A DNA stretch of 27,252 bases from a virus (Duplodnaviria > Caudoviricetes): positions 1 to 27,252 of IMG/VR virus record IMGVR_UViG_3300017780_003399. The stretch is one strand, 5' to 3'. The notes beneath the pieces are model-generated. The model was not told the origin of the DNA, made no database searches, and saw nothing but the letters and a program-made list of their open reading frames with translations. Made by a program: the position numbers and the translations under genes. Shown here piece after piece: positions 1 through 7,765 of this stretch (position 1 is its first letter; every line of letters begins with the position of its first letter).

Positions 1-84
1 CTTGCCTATGCGCGCGGCATGCAAGACGGATGGAACGCGGCAACGGCTGTTTTGGGCCATGCGCGCGTTATTTGTGACGCATGA
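1..84 (+). CDS. 3' end of a hypothetical protein (partial, runs off the left edge)
   Basis: Frame 1 is open from base 1 (LAYARGMQDGWNAATAVLGHARVICDA*); its TGA at 82-84 overlaps the next ATG at 81-83 (ATGA coupling). Confidence 0.55.
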   Translation, partial: LAYARGMQDGWNAATAVLGHARVICDA

Positions 85-260
85 CCCCCGCCGCCCTACG
101 CGCCTCCCCCGCAGCCCTTGGCCTATCCGGTCGGGGGCTTGCCCGTTTGCTAGACGTGAACGAAAAGACATTCCGCCGGTGGCTATCCGGCGAGGTGCCC
201 ATACCGCAAAGCGTGTCGCTGGCCGTGCAAGCCATGCTTGATGGCTGGCGTCCGTCATAG
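81..260 (+). CDS. XRE/Cro-type helix-turn-helix protein, 59 aa (below the ORF-track cutoff)
   Basis: Manual translation MTPAALRASPAALGLSGRGLARLLDVNEKTFRRWLSGEVPIPQSVSLAVQAMLDGWRPS* shows the typical XRE pattern LGLS..LA.LL.V...T.RRW.SG..PIP. Confidence 0.85.
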   Translation: MTPAALRASPAALGLSGRGLARLLDVNEKTFRRWLSGEVPIPQSVSLAVQAMLDGWRPS

Positions 261-635
261 ATCGCGCCACAACGCCCGCACATCATCTGGCACCACCAGC
301 CCGCCAGACGGCTGCACAGCCTCAACACGCGCCGCAGCGGCATCAACCCGCCCGCGACGTTCTGCACCGCGCTGTATCGCCTTTGTGCTGGCCTTTGCGA
401 CGGCTTCCTGTTGCTGGCCTTGCTTGGCAGTGGCCGCGTTTTGGGCTTTCACGCCATCGGTCAGCGCCGTGACATTGCCGCGCTCGACTGCAAGGCTTGT
501 CTTGGCCTTCTGCCCGCCGTCACTGCGCCCGCTGCAATAGGCCAGCATCAGGACTGCAATGACGCCCGCGACAGGGCCAATGATGCGCCAGGGCAACTTG
601 ACCAGTGCGGCACGGATAGCGAGGCCGGGGATCAT
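255..635 (-). CDS. Putative i-spanin (Rz-like), 126 aa
   Basis: Start revised to ATG 635 (ATGA overlap). N-terminal TM segment (IIGPVAGVIAVLMLAY) followed by an Ala/Gln-rich coiled coil; last gene of the membrane cassette. Confidence 0.6.
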   Translation of the reverse strand: MIPGLAIRAALVKLPWRIIGPVAGVIAVLMLAYCSGRSDGGQKAKTSLAVERGNVTALTDGVKAQNAATAKQGQQQEAVAKASTKAIQRGAERRGRVDAAAARVEAVQPSGGLVVPDDVRALWRDL

Positions 636-808
636 GGCTGCACCTGTTGCGCCGGCGGGCGCATAATCGCCAGCAAGCCGCCCGTTGTCAGCGTGGCCAG
701 TTCCTTGATTACGTCCTTTGCCAGCGGCACGAAATAGATGCCCACTACGGCGATTATCAGCACGGCCAGAATGGCGGAGATGATGACTGGGAGATTGTTG
801 CGCGTCAT
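632..808 (-). CDS. Putative holin, 58 aa (not in ORF track)
   Basis: Manual translation MTRNNLPVIISAILAVLIIAVVGIYFVPLAKDVIKELATLTTGGLLAIMRPPAQQVQP*; one strong and one weaker TM segment; ATGA-coupled on both sides. Confidence 0.6.
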   Translation of the reverse strand: MTRNNLPVIISAILAVLIIAVVGIYFVPLAKDVIKELATLTTGGLLAIMRPPAQQVQP

Positions 809-1023
809 TTTTCAATCAACCCTTCCACTATGCACTGCTTTTCGGCTCGCGCCGTGGCGTAGCAGTTGATCCTAATCAGCGCGCTGATTGCGCGATCCTG
901 CCGCGCATCGGGCGCGCCAAACTCACGATAAGCGGTCATGAAGGCGGTCAAAGCGGCCAGCACCAGCACCGCAGCGTTGCTCCATTTTCCCGCCCCGTCG
1001 CTATTTGTCGGCGTGTCGGTCAT
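805..1023 (-). CDS. Single-TM protein with a two-Cys C-terminal domain (holin/antiholin-like)
   Basis: Ala-rich TM (AAVLVLAALTAFMTAY), then INCYATARAEKQC; GGAGG RBS; ATGA overlaps at both ends. Confidence 0.55.
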   Translation of the reverse strand: MTDTPTNSDGAGKWSNAAVLVLAALTAFMTAYREFGAPDARQDRAISALIRINCYATARAEKQCIVEGLIEK

Positions 1024-1496
1024 CGCCGCGCCTCCATGCCTTTTGGACGCCGCGCCACACTATAACCAAGCCGGCGGCCAATAAACCAAGCCATCCAATA
1101 TCGCTGCAATGGGCCATGCCACGCGCCTCCAACCAGTGTTACCAGTTGGCTCCAGCCCAGGAAGCCCGTAAGCGCCAGATAGGCATCGCGCCCAGCCAAA
1201 GGTTCGCCCATGGCCCAGAATATCAGGTGAAAACCCACCTGAAACACCAGCATGACAGCAATCCTAGCATGGGAGCGGCCTGCCCATGGAGACAAGGCAA
1301 TGGCCGCCGCCGTCGCCAAGTCTAACCACATCCACCACCAAGATGGGGTATGGCTGCCCATGAAAATCTGACACCCGACCTGCGCCAGAAAATTAACGCT
1401 CAGAATTATCGCCGCGCGCCGATAACCGTTACCCCTGCCCCAACAGAGATGCACGACCACCGCCACTGCGGCCATATATGCAACCGCCCAGATCAC
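1020..1496 (-). CDS. Polytopic (about 5 TM) membrane protein, 158 aa
   Basis: Start revised to GTG 1496 (GTGA overlap with the upstream stop). About five hydrophobic segments carry polar residues (N, D, Q, H, Y, Q); basic C-terminal tail. Confidence 0.7.
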   Translation of the reverse strand: MIWAVAYMAAVAVVVHLCWGRGNGYRRAAIILSVNFLAQVGCQIFMGSHTPSWWWMWLDLATAAAIALSPWAGRSHARIAVMLVFQVGFHLIFWAMGEPLAGRDAYLALTGFLGWSQLVTLVGGAWHGPLQRYWMAWFIGRRLGYSVARRPKGMEARR

Positions 1497-1684
1497 GGCT
1501 TTAACGGGGAACCAGACAATGCCGACACGTCGCCCGAAGACAGCAAAAGGCCATGGCCACGGCTCAAATGGGTATGCGCGCGCTTCAACTGCCGCAGCCG
1601 CTTCTTGTCGCCAGCCGCCTCCGCCGCAGCTTCGGCCGCCCACAATCGCCGGGCAACCTCTTGGGCTAGTTCTTGATCCGTCAT
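1493..1684 (-). CDS. Small hypothetical protein, 63 aa
   Basis: Strong AAGGAG RBS; helical N-terminal part with a GDVSALSGSPLKP tail; stop overlaps the start of the 5-TM gene. Confidence 0.7.
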   Translation of the reverse strand: MTDQELAQEVARRLWAAEAAAEAAGDKKRLRQLKRAHTHLSRGHGLLLSSGDVSALSGSPLKP

Positions 1685-1696
1685 CACATTAGCTCC

Positions 1697-2056
1697 TTAT
1701 GCCGCGTCAAACAAAATTTCAGCGTCCGCAAAAACCGCGCCACTAACAGCGTCCGTCACTGTAAGGCGGTAGCTCGCAAAATACGTCCCCTCAAATGGCG
1801 GGGTATATGAAAAGGTGGTAGCAGCAGCCGTTGGCGTGTTAATCGTGAAAGCGTCGGACGTAACGGCCTCCCATATATACGTATATGGCGCGGTTCCGCC
1901 GGTTGCCGTTCCTGTCACGGCCGCGCTTGTTGCAGACACGCCAACAGTCGCGCTAACCAGAACCCCGGTGGGAGACAATGATAGCGCCAATGCACCACCG
2001 CCACCGCCGCCGCTATCCCCGCCGCCGTCCAGATAAGCCCGCGCCGCAAAACTCAC
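1697..2056 (-). CDS. PKD/Ig-like virion accessory protein (tail fibre partner)
   Basis: GTGA-coupled to the fibre gene; Gly linker followed by the Ig/PKD-type motifs GGTAPYTYIW and YRLTVTD. Confidence 0.65.
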   Translation of the reverse strand: MSFAARAYLDGGGDSGGGGGGALALSLSPTGVLVSATVGVSATSAAVTGTATGGTAPYTYIWEAVTSDAFTINTPTAAATTFSYTPPFEGTYFASYRLTVTDAVSGAVFADAEILFDAA

Positions 2057-3051
2057 CGCAGATCCTTTATCAGTGAGGCCAGCCAAAAGCCGGTGTCCGC
2101 AAAATAGGTTGCAACCAACAGGTCAACGCGCCCGGCTGTAGTAGACAGAACAGGCGCGCTGCCGCCCGTCCACTTGAATGACGCGGGCCATGCAATGGTG
2201 CGGCTTCCTGTTCCGTCTTGGGTAAGGCGCATGTTGATGCTTTGCCCAGGATTAGCGTTGTTGATTGTCAGAGTGCTTATGTTGGCCGTCATGGCAAGCG
2301 TAAACACATTGCTGGCGTTGCAGTCGATAACTGTTGTTCCCGCCACGGTAATGACAACAGGCGGCGTATATGCAACATTCGCCTCAACGCGCGCGGCAAA
2401 TAGCGACGTGGCGTCAATCCGGCCAGACGTGCCGCTAGGAGCGGTGCCAACTCCGATTGAGGTTGTTTGGAAGCCGTTGCCGTTAATTGTGGCCCGCACC
2501 AAAAAGCCATTGGTTGTGCGAAAAACAAACTCACCGCCCGCCGCGCCACCAATCGACACATCAAAATACATGCTGGAAAAGCCATTAAAACTGTTGCGAA
2601 TGGCGCTGGCATCACCCATGGCCAACGCCACACCAGCCGCAACGGTTGACGTGTATTGCGTGGCCTGGATCGTGCTAGTGGAGGTCAATGGCCCGCCAAG
2701 CGTAAACGCACCAGTCACGCCCAACGTGCCTGCGATGTTGGCATTGCCCGAAATTGCCAGCGTTACAGCAGATAGAGGTTCCTGCACCGTGCTAACGTTG
2801 TCCACTGTCCAGATAACAGCCCCGCCCGCCGTGCGCAGCTCAACCTTATATGCACCCTTCCAGAACGCTGTTGCTTCACCGCGCGCATTCAATACAATCG
2901 GGTTTGCGTTCGGTGCGGTTTCGGCAGCGTCAGCCCATGTGGTTTTTGGCGTCGTTGTGCCGGCCGCGTAAGTGTAGAGAAGCCCACCGGCTAACGGCGT
3001 GCCAGCATCGCTGAAATACTGTTGCTTGCCATTTGGGATCACAATTGCCAT
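2053..3051 (-). CDS. Tail fibre/spike with podovirus head-binding-type N-terminus
   Basis: N-terminus QYFSDAGTPLAGGLLYTYAAGTTTPKTTW..NPIVLNARGE is typical of P22-like fibre anchors; beta-rich C-terminus (LTQDGTGSRTIAWPASFKWTGG); follows the ejection genes. Confidence 0.8.
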   Translation of the reverse strand: MAIVIPNGKQQYFSDAGTPLAGGLLYTYAAGTTTPKTTWADAAETAPNANPIVLNARGEATAFWKGAYKVELRTAGGAVIWTVDNVSTVQEPLSAVTLAISGNANIAGTLGVTGAFTLGGPLTSTSTIQATQYTSTVAAGVALAMGDASAIRNSFNGFSSMYFDVSIGGAAGGEFVFRTTNGFLVRATINGNGFQTTSIGVGTAPSGTSGRIDATSLFAARVEANVAYTPPVVITVAGTTVIDCNASNVFTLAMTANISTLTINNANPGQSINMRLTQDGTGSRTIAWPASFKWTGGSAPVLSTTAGRVDLLVATYFADTGFWLASLIKDLR

Positions 3052-3151
3052 TATGCGGCCTCATTGATTGGAGTATGGCTTGACGCTTTCCAGCTTTCTA
3101 GCGCCCATGGCATTGCAAATGATTGCTGGCATGTGGCGGTTTTTGCGGCCG

Positions 3152-4726
3152 TCACTTGCGCGATCCCTGCACAAGTTGCGGCGAAATTACGCCCAACGGG
3201 ATAGCCGCCCGGTCAACCGCGTTACGGACGGCGGCACGCTTCACCCCTGGCGCGAACAACACACCCAGCGCCTGTTGCCCGGCCCGCGTGTAGGGGACTG
3301 ACAGCGCCGCGCCAGTGGCCAGCGCCGGCAACAGCGTGGCAGGATTGGCCACGCCAGCGCCGCCAACCAACGCGCCAGCCAATGCGCGCGGCGCGGTGCC
3401 GGTCTCGCCAATGGATGATGGCAGCACCGCCGATGCGTCCTTTGCCAGCCCTTGCATACGGGCTTGCCCTGTAGCCTTTGCGCCTTTGCCAACGCTGCTA
3501 TCTGACACGCTGATAGCGGTATTGAAGCCCTTGGGCGTAAACACCCCGTCAACCGGCCCCTTGGCGGCATTGCGCAGCACCACAAAATTGCCATAAGCAT
3601 CGTCGATTGTGGCAAGCCGCGCGCCGAGGCCGCCGCCGCTGTCCTGCCCAGCCTTGGCCAGCAACGCAAAGCGCACATCGTCAACCAACGCGGCCAATTC
3701 CGGCGCGGTGCCGCGCAGCCCCTTGGCCTTTTTGCGCAACTGGCTGACAGCCGACTTCATGGCATCGCCGGCAATCTCGCCAGACGCCCCGGCGCGCTTG
3801 GTGATAAACTGGTCAATGATGTTTTTCAGCGTTGTCTCAGCGTCGCCTGGCACCGTCTTGGCGCTGCGAACAATTGTGCCAAGCGCAGTTTGCAATGACG
3901 GGTCAACGGTGACCTTCATGCGCGCCAACGTGCTATCATAAGCCCGCGTAAACTGCTGTTTGGCAAACGCAACCGCCTCATGCCCGGCCGGGATATTGGC
4001 AGGCATCTTAACGCCAAGCGGTTGCAGCACATCGTCAACCACGGCCCGGTTAAACGCGGCAATGCCCTTTTCGCGCGCCATGTTGATGCCGGGAATAATG
4101 CTTGAAAGCGCATCCTCAACACCTGCCACGAACTTGCCGCCGTATGTGTCAGCCGCGCGCCCGATCTGGCCAAGCGTCAACGGGATGCCCTTGTCCACCA
4201 GCCGTTGTGCCGTGGCACTCAACTTAGGTGCAATTGCAGCCCCGACGCCCTTAACGACTTTTCCGCCAACCTTGCCACCAAGGGCACCAATGGCCGTGTC
4301 AGCAATCAAGCCGCGCATGTCCTTGGCATCAGACAACAACGCACCACCCGCCGCACCTTGCACACCAGCGCCGCCCGGCAATGCCAACGTGGGCGCTGTG
4401 CCAGCGATGTTGCCGAGCAACTGATAGCCGGTGCGTGTGTTATTAGCCCGCGCAGCGTCGTTGGCGGCAACGCTGGCCTTTGTCGGTTGCCGGCCAACGA
4501 CCTTTGTGCGGACAAACTCAAGCGCATCACCAACAACGGGAATTTGACTGACGGCGCTGCGGATGTTGTCAACCGGCTTCATTGCGCCCAACGCAAACCC
4601 GCGCGCCGCGCTGCGATCTGGCGCAGGCGGCGCGCTGTAAATAGACGCCATGACCTCATTGATCTTGGCGTCCGGCGTCCCGTCAGGAAACCGCGTGATT
4701 TTGCCGTCAGGGCCGCGAACGTCCAT
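3152..4726 (-). CDS. Internal virion / DNA ejection protein (P22 gp16 position)
   Basis: Start ATG 4726 via TAATG overlap; N-terminal VRGPDGK...FPDGT motif; Ala/Gly-rich helical sequence; third of three such genes. Confidence 0.65.
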   Translation of the reverse strand: MDVRGPDGKITRFPDGTPDAKINEVMASIYSAPPAPDRSAARGFALGAMKPVDNIRSAVSQIPVVGDALEFVRTKVVGRQPTKASVAANDAARANNTRTGYQLLGNIAGTAPTLALPGGAGVQGAAGGALLSDAKDMRGLIADTAIGALGGKVGGKVVKGVGAAIAPKLSATAQRLVDKGIPLTLGQIGRAADTYGGKFVAGVEDALSSIIPGINMAREKGIAAFNRAVVDDVLQPLGVKMPANIPAGHEAVAFAKQQFTRAYDSTLARMKVTVDPSLQTALGTIVRSAKTVPGDAETTLKNIIDQFITKRAGASGEIAGDAMKSAVSQLRKKAKGLRGTAPELAALVDDVRFALLAKAGQDSGGGLGARLATIDDAYGNFVVLRNAAKGPVDGVFTPKGFNTAISVSDSSVGKGAKATGQARMQGLAKDASAVLPSSIGETGTAPRALAGALVGGAGVANPATLLPALATGAALSVPYTRAGQQALGVLFAPGVKRAAVRNAVDRAAIPLGVISPQLVQGSRK

Positions 4727-5925
4727 TAGCTTGGCATCCAAACGCGGATGCCATCTTGGCCGGTCGTGATCTTTCCACCCGCTACCGCGCCGGGCTTCAT
4801 TACGCCGCCGCCCGCTGGCAACCGTGGCGCTGTTGCACCGCTAGGCGGTGCCATGCCCGCTGCACCCGGCCCGGCGCGCGTGATAGCGTCTTGCATCACG
4901 CGGGTGCGCATCTGCGCCTTTTGCGTAACAGCTTTGTCACCATCGCGGATGCCGGGGAAATACGTTGTCTTGGCCGATTCAATTTCATCTTCGGTTGCAG
5001 CCGCGCCGGTTGTCAGGCGGATAAGGCTATCAACCCACTCACCCTTTGCCGCTTCATACCGCTGCGATTCGTCGCCGCCGAAAAACGCACCGACGCCAGT
5101 GCCACCCGGTGCAAAACCCGGCGTGTTCTCAAAGCCGTCAATAATAGCGCCAGCACCGGCAAGGCGCTTGGCGTTAAAGCCGTCCTTGGCCTGACCCTCA
5201 GTCAGCTTGACGCCAACGCCCGCCTTCTCCCGCTCAAGCTGCAAGCCTGCCGCCTTATAGGCATTGTCGCGGTTGTTTTGCGCTTTGGTTTCACCAAACT
5301 TGGCCACGTCGAGCTTGTAATTGCGGTCAGCATTAGCCTTGGCTGTTGCAGCATCAATGCGCCCAGCGTTAAACGTCCGATCCTCATTGCTCTGCCCAAG
5401 TTGTTCAACCCGCGTCAGCGCCTGGTTGCCCAGCAAGGCCAATCCTTGGTCGCTGTAATCAATTTCAGCCAGCTTTTCAGGCTTAATGCCGTAAATGCCA
5501 AACTGATCCGCCATGCCCAGCGCGGCTTTTTTGCGCATAACGGCCGGCACTTGCAACAGCGCGCCGAACAGGCCTGATGAGCCTTTGATGTTTTCAATAG
5601 CTCGCTGCCGTCGGTCGTCTTTCATGCCGTCAATCTGTTTGGCAAACTCAACATCGCCGCCGCCCAATGCCTCGCGCTGGCCGCCTTCAAGGTCGCCGGC
5701 TGCCAACATGCCACCAATGGTGCCCATGCGCGCCTGCTTGGCCTGGGCCGCCGCTTGTGAGGCATCGGCCGCCGCAATCTGGCGCTGTCCAATAGCAAGC
5801 TGCTGTTGCCGGATTGCCTGATCGTCACGCGCGCCGATGACGCCGAGCGCTGTTGTCAGGCTGCGGTTAAAATCGGGCTTCTCAAAGCGCCCGGCTTGCA
5901 AGATGATGTTGGGGTCAATCGGCAT
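4726..5925 (-). CDS. Internal virion / DNA ejection protein (gp20 position)
   Basis: Start revised to ATG 5925 (MPIDPNIILQAG); Gln/Ala coiled coil; KLTEGQAK and LIRLTTGAA..YFP segments. Confidence 0.65.
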   Translation of the reverse strand: MPIDPNIILQAGRFEKPDFNRSLTTALGVIGARDDQAIRQQQLAIGQRQIAAADASQAAAQAKQARMGTIGGMLAAGDLEGGQREALGGGDVEFAKQIDGMKDDRRQRAIENIKGSSGLFGALLQVPAVMRKKAALGMADQFGIYGIKPEKLAEIDYSDQGLALLGNQALTRVEQLGQSNEDRTFNAGRIDAATAKANADRNYKLDVAKFGETKAQNNRDNAYKAAGLQLEREKAGVGVKLTEGQAKDGFNAKRLAGAGAIIDGFENTPGFAPGGTGVGAFFGGDESQRYEAAKGEWVDSLIRLTTGAAATEDEIESAKTTYFPGIRDGDKAVTQKAQMRTRVMQDAITRAGPGAAGMAPPSGATAPRLPAGGGVMKPGAVAGGKITTGQDGIRVWMPS

Positions 5926-5926
5926 G

Positions 5927-6688
5927 TCAGTTGCGAACCCCTCGGAACGTTGTTGCCGGCGTGTAAGGCATCGCCTTATTGCCAGCGCCGCCCATGCTAC
6001 CAATTAGTGCTTTGGTGCCAAAATAATTTCCAATGGTGCCAGCCGCACTGCCAATGGCGTTGCCCGTGTTGACATATTGGGAAGCCCGCGCGTTTGCGCC
6101 GCCCGTAATAGCATTGGCCGTGTTATTCACGCCCTCTTGCTGGTTGTTGACATAAACCTGCGAGGCCTGATTGCCGCTATTTACCGCCTGCTGCCCGGTG
6201 CCAGCGATCCCCGCCAAGCGGTTATAGCGGCTGCCAAGGTCGTTTTGGTAACGATCAAACGCGCCGTTAAACGTTTGGTCGGCCAAACCGGAATTGAACC
6301 GATTAAGCGCCTTCAATGCACCGCCTGACAATGCCCCGCCCCGCGCCGCTGCGCTTTGCTCAATGCCCCGGTTGCCTTCGCTGCGGGTGAACTCATAGCC
6401 TGGGTCAGCTTGAAAGTCGGCAACGGTGAAGGGCCGGTTGAACTCACTGCCCGCCGCCGTGCCAGCACCTATCTGGCCAAGCGCAATCGCCCCAGCGTCA
6501 CGATATGGCGCGAGGTCAGCGCGCTGCAAGTCGAACTGGCGCGCGGCTTCGGCGTTCTGATCCCGTTGCAATGCCACCGTTTGGTCGGTTGCCTCACGCT
6601 GCGCCTTAGCGGCCTTGTTGCCGCTGATAATAGATGCGCCGGCCCCAATAGCCGCCGATGCACCAATGGCAACCGCTACAAAGCTCAT
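5927..6688 (-). CDS. DNA transfer / pilot protein (gp7-like)
   Basis: Hydrophobic Gly/Ala N-terminus, LAPYRDAG, DPGYEF and SAAARGGALSGGALKAL motifs typical of this ejection protein family. Confidence 0.75.
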   Translation of the reverse strand: MSFVAVAIGASAAIGAGASIISGNKAAKAQREATDQTVALQRDQNAEAARQFDLQRADLAPYRDAGAIALGQIGAGTAAGSEFNRPFTVADFQADPGYEFTRSEGNRGIEQSAAARGGALSGGALKALNRFNSGLADQTFNGAFDRYQNDLGSRYNRLAGIAGTGQQAVNSGNQASQVYVNNQQEGVNNTANAITGGANARASQYVNTGNAIGSAAGTIGNYFGTKALIGSMGGAGNKAMPYTPATTFRGVRN

Positions 6689-7212
6689 GCCGCACCCCCT
6701 TCAAGCCGAACATGCATAACAGGCTCAACCAACACCGACTCAATAGCCTCTATGTCGCGGCATTCGTTGGGCACTGCATGAACCGTTGTCCAAACCGTGT
6801 CGGTGATGGCATGAACGCAATTGCGCGTCCCAACAGGCACAGAAAACATGGCCGGAGCAATAATCTCCCGGCTTTCCCCGTCCATCACAGCAATGCAATG
6901 GCCCTTGGAGACAATGCACACATGAGCTTGGCGGTGGCGCTTGCCGATTGCGGTCGTGCCCGCAAAAAGCATCACCTCGCGCGCATAAACGCCGTCGGAA
7001 AACAGATGCACCGGCTCAATATTAATATGATCGTCCACCATGCCCAGCATGGCCGATTGCAGCGCGTCCACCTTTTCGCGCGTGTCCAAAGACGCCAACA
7101 ATCGCACCCTGTCACCTTGGGCAATGGGCGTCGATCCCCCATCAAGCGACAAATGCGGCGGCGCGCCGATATTGGCAACGCTAATACAATCCGGGGTAAA
7201 ACGCAACATCAT
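6685..7212 (-). CDS. Cupin-fold phage protein
   Basis: HLFSDGVYARE...GKRHRQAH.CIVSKG...HAITDTVWTTVH is a His-rich double-stranded beta-helix pattern; ATGA-coupled. Confidence 0.65.
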   Translation of the reverse strand: MMLRFTPDCISVANIGAPPHLSLDGGSTPIAQGDRVRLLASLDTREKVDALQSAMLGMVDDHINIEPVHLFSDGVYAREVMLFAGTTAIGKRHRQAHVCIVSKGHCIAVMDGESREIIAPAMFSVPVGTRNCVHAITDTVWTTVHAVPNECRDIEAIESVLVEPVMHVRLEGGAA

Positions 7213-7544
7213 GCAATCAACCTCCCGCTGGCACGCAAGGTCACGGCCGATGATGAGCTGCTAAGGGCGATATATTGGCCAGCCGTCAACACATGGCCCA
7301 CCGCTTCTGGAAACTGGTAAACGACGCCTGGCGCGATGCTTTGCGAACTTGTCACCGTGTTGGCCGTGCTGGCATTGCCGCCCGCGTTAACCAAAAACAG
7401 CGAAACAACCGCCGTAGCGCCGCCCGTGTTGGTAGCGGTGATCTTGTCCAAGATGAGCGTTGTGTTGGCCGGAACCGTGTAATAAGCCGTTGGCGCGGCG
7501 TCCATTGCCACCGATGGGATGATATTCGAGACCGCAACCGTCAC
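7209..7544 (-). CDS. Small beta-rich virion protein
   Basis: YTVPANTT.I.DKITATN pattern; GTGA/ATGA-coupled within the tail operon. Confidence 0.65.
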   Translation of the reverse strand: MTVAVSNIIPSVAMDAAPTAYYTVPANTTLILDKITATNTGGATAVVSLFLVNAGGNASTANTVTSSQSIAPGVVYQFPEAVGHVLTAGQYIALSSSSSAVTLRASGRLIA

Positions 7545-7765
7545 AGCACCGCACTCCCTTTGCGCAAGTCATCCACAGCGCGTTCCAATTCCGCAACGCG
7601 CGCTGATACGTCGGCTTGAACCGGCGCAATCTGGAATTGCTCAATCTGCAACCCAATGTCGGCATTGGTGCCAACGGCCACAAAATACTGATACCATTCG
7701 CGCGAGAGCATCCCGCTCCTGGGGTCAACCAATGGGATGCGCGGCGGGAGAAGCGTTGCCGTCAT
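7541..7765 (-). CDS. Tail needle/plug-like protein (gp26 position), 74 aa
   Basis: Start ATG 7765 (ATGA). PPRIPLVDPRSGMLSREWYQYF followed by a heptad coil (VSARVAELERAVDDL); directly after the gp10-like gene. Confidence 0.55.
   Translation of the reverse strand: MTATLLPPRIPLVDPRSGMLSREWYQYFVAVGTNADIGLQIEQFQIAPVQADVSARVAELERAVDDLRKGSAVL

Noticed and set aside
68-367. Cys-rich minus-strand ORF as a candidate o-spanin
   Set aside because: No hydrophobic signal peptide or lipobox; it lies opposite the convincing XRE gene.
636-815. ORF-track N-terminal extensions (for example 255-815, 1020-1643, 13549-13992, 15119-17455, 21946-22620)
   Set aside because: The extensions overlap real upstream genes; coupled ATGA/GTGA/TAATG starts or RBS-backed starts further downstream fit better.
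3068-3301. Plus-strand 77-aa ORF with a mildly hydrophobic start
   Set aside because: TTG start without a clear RBS; mostly overlaps the ejection gene antisense.
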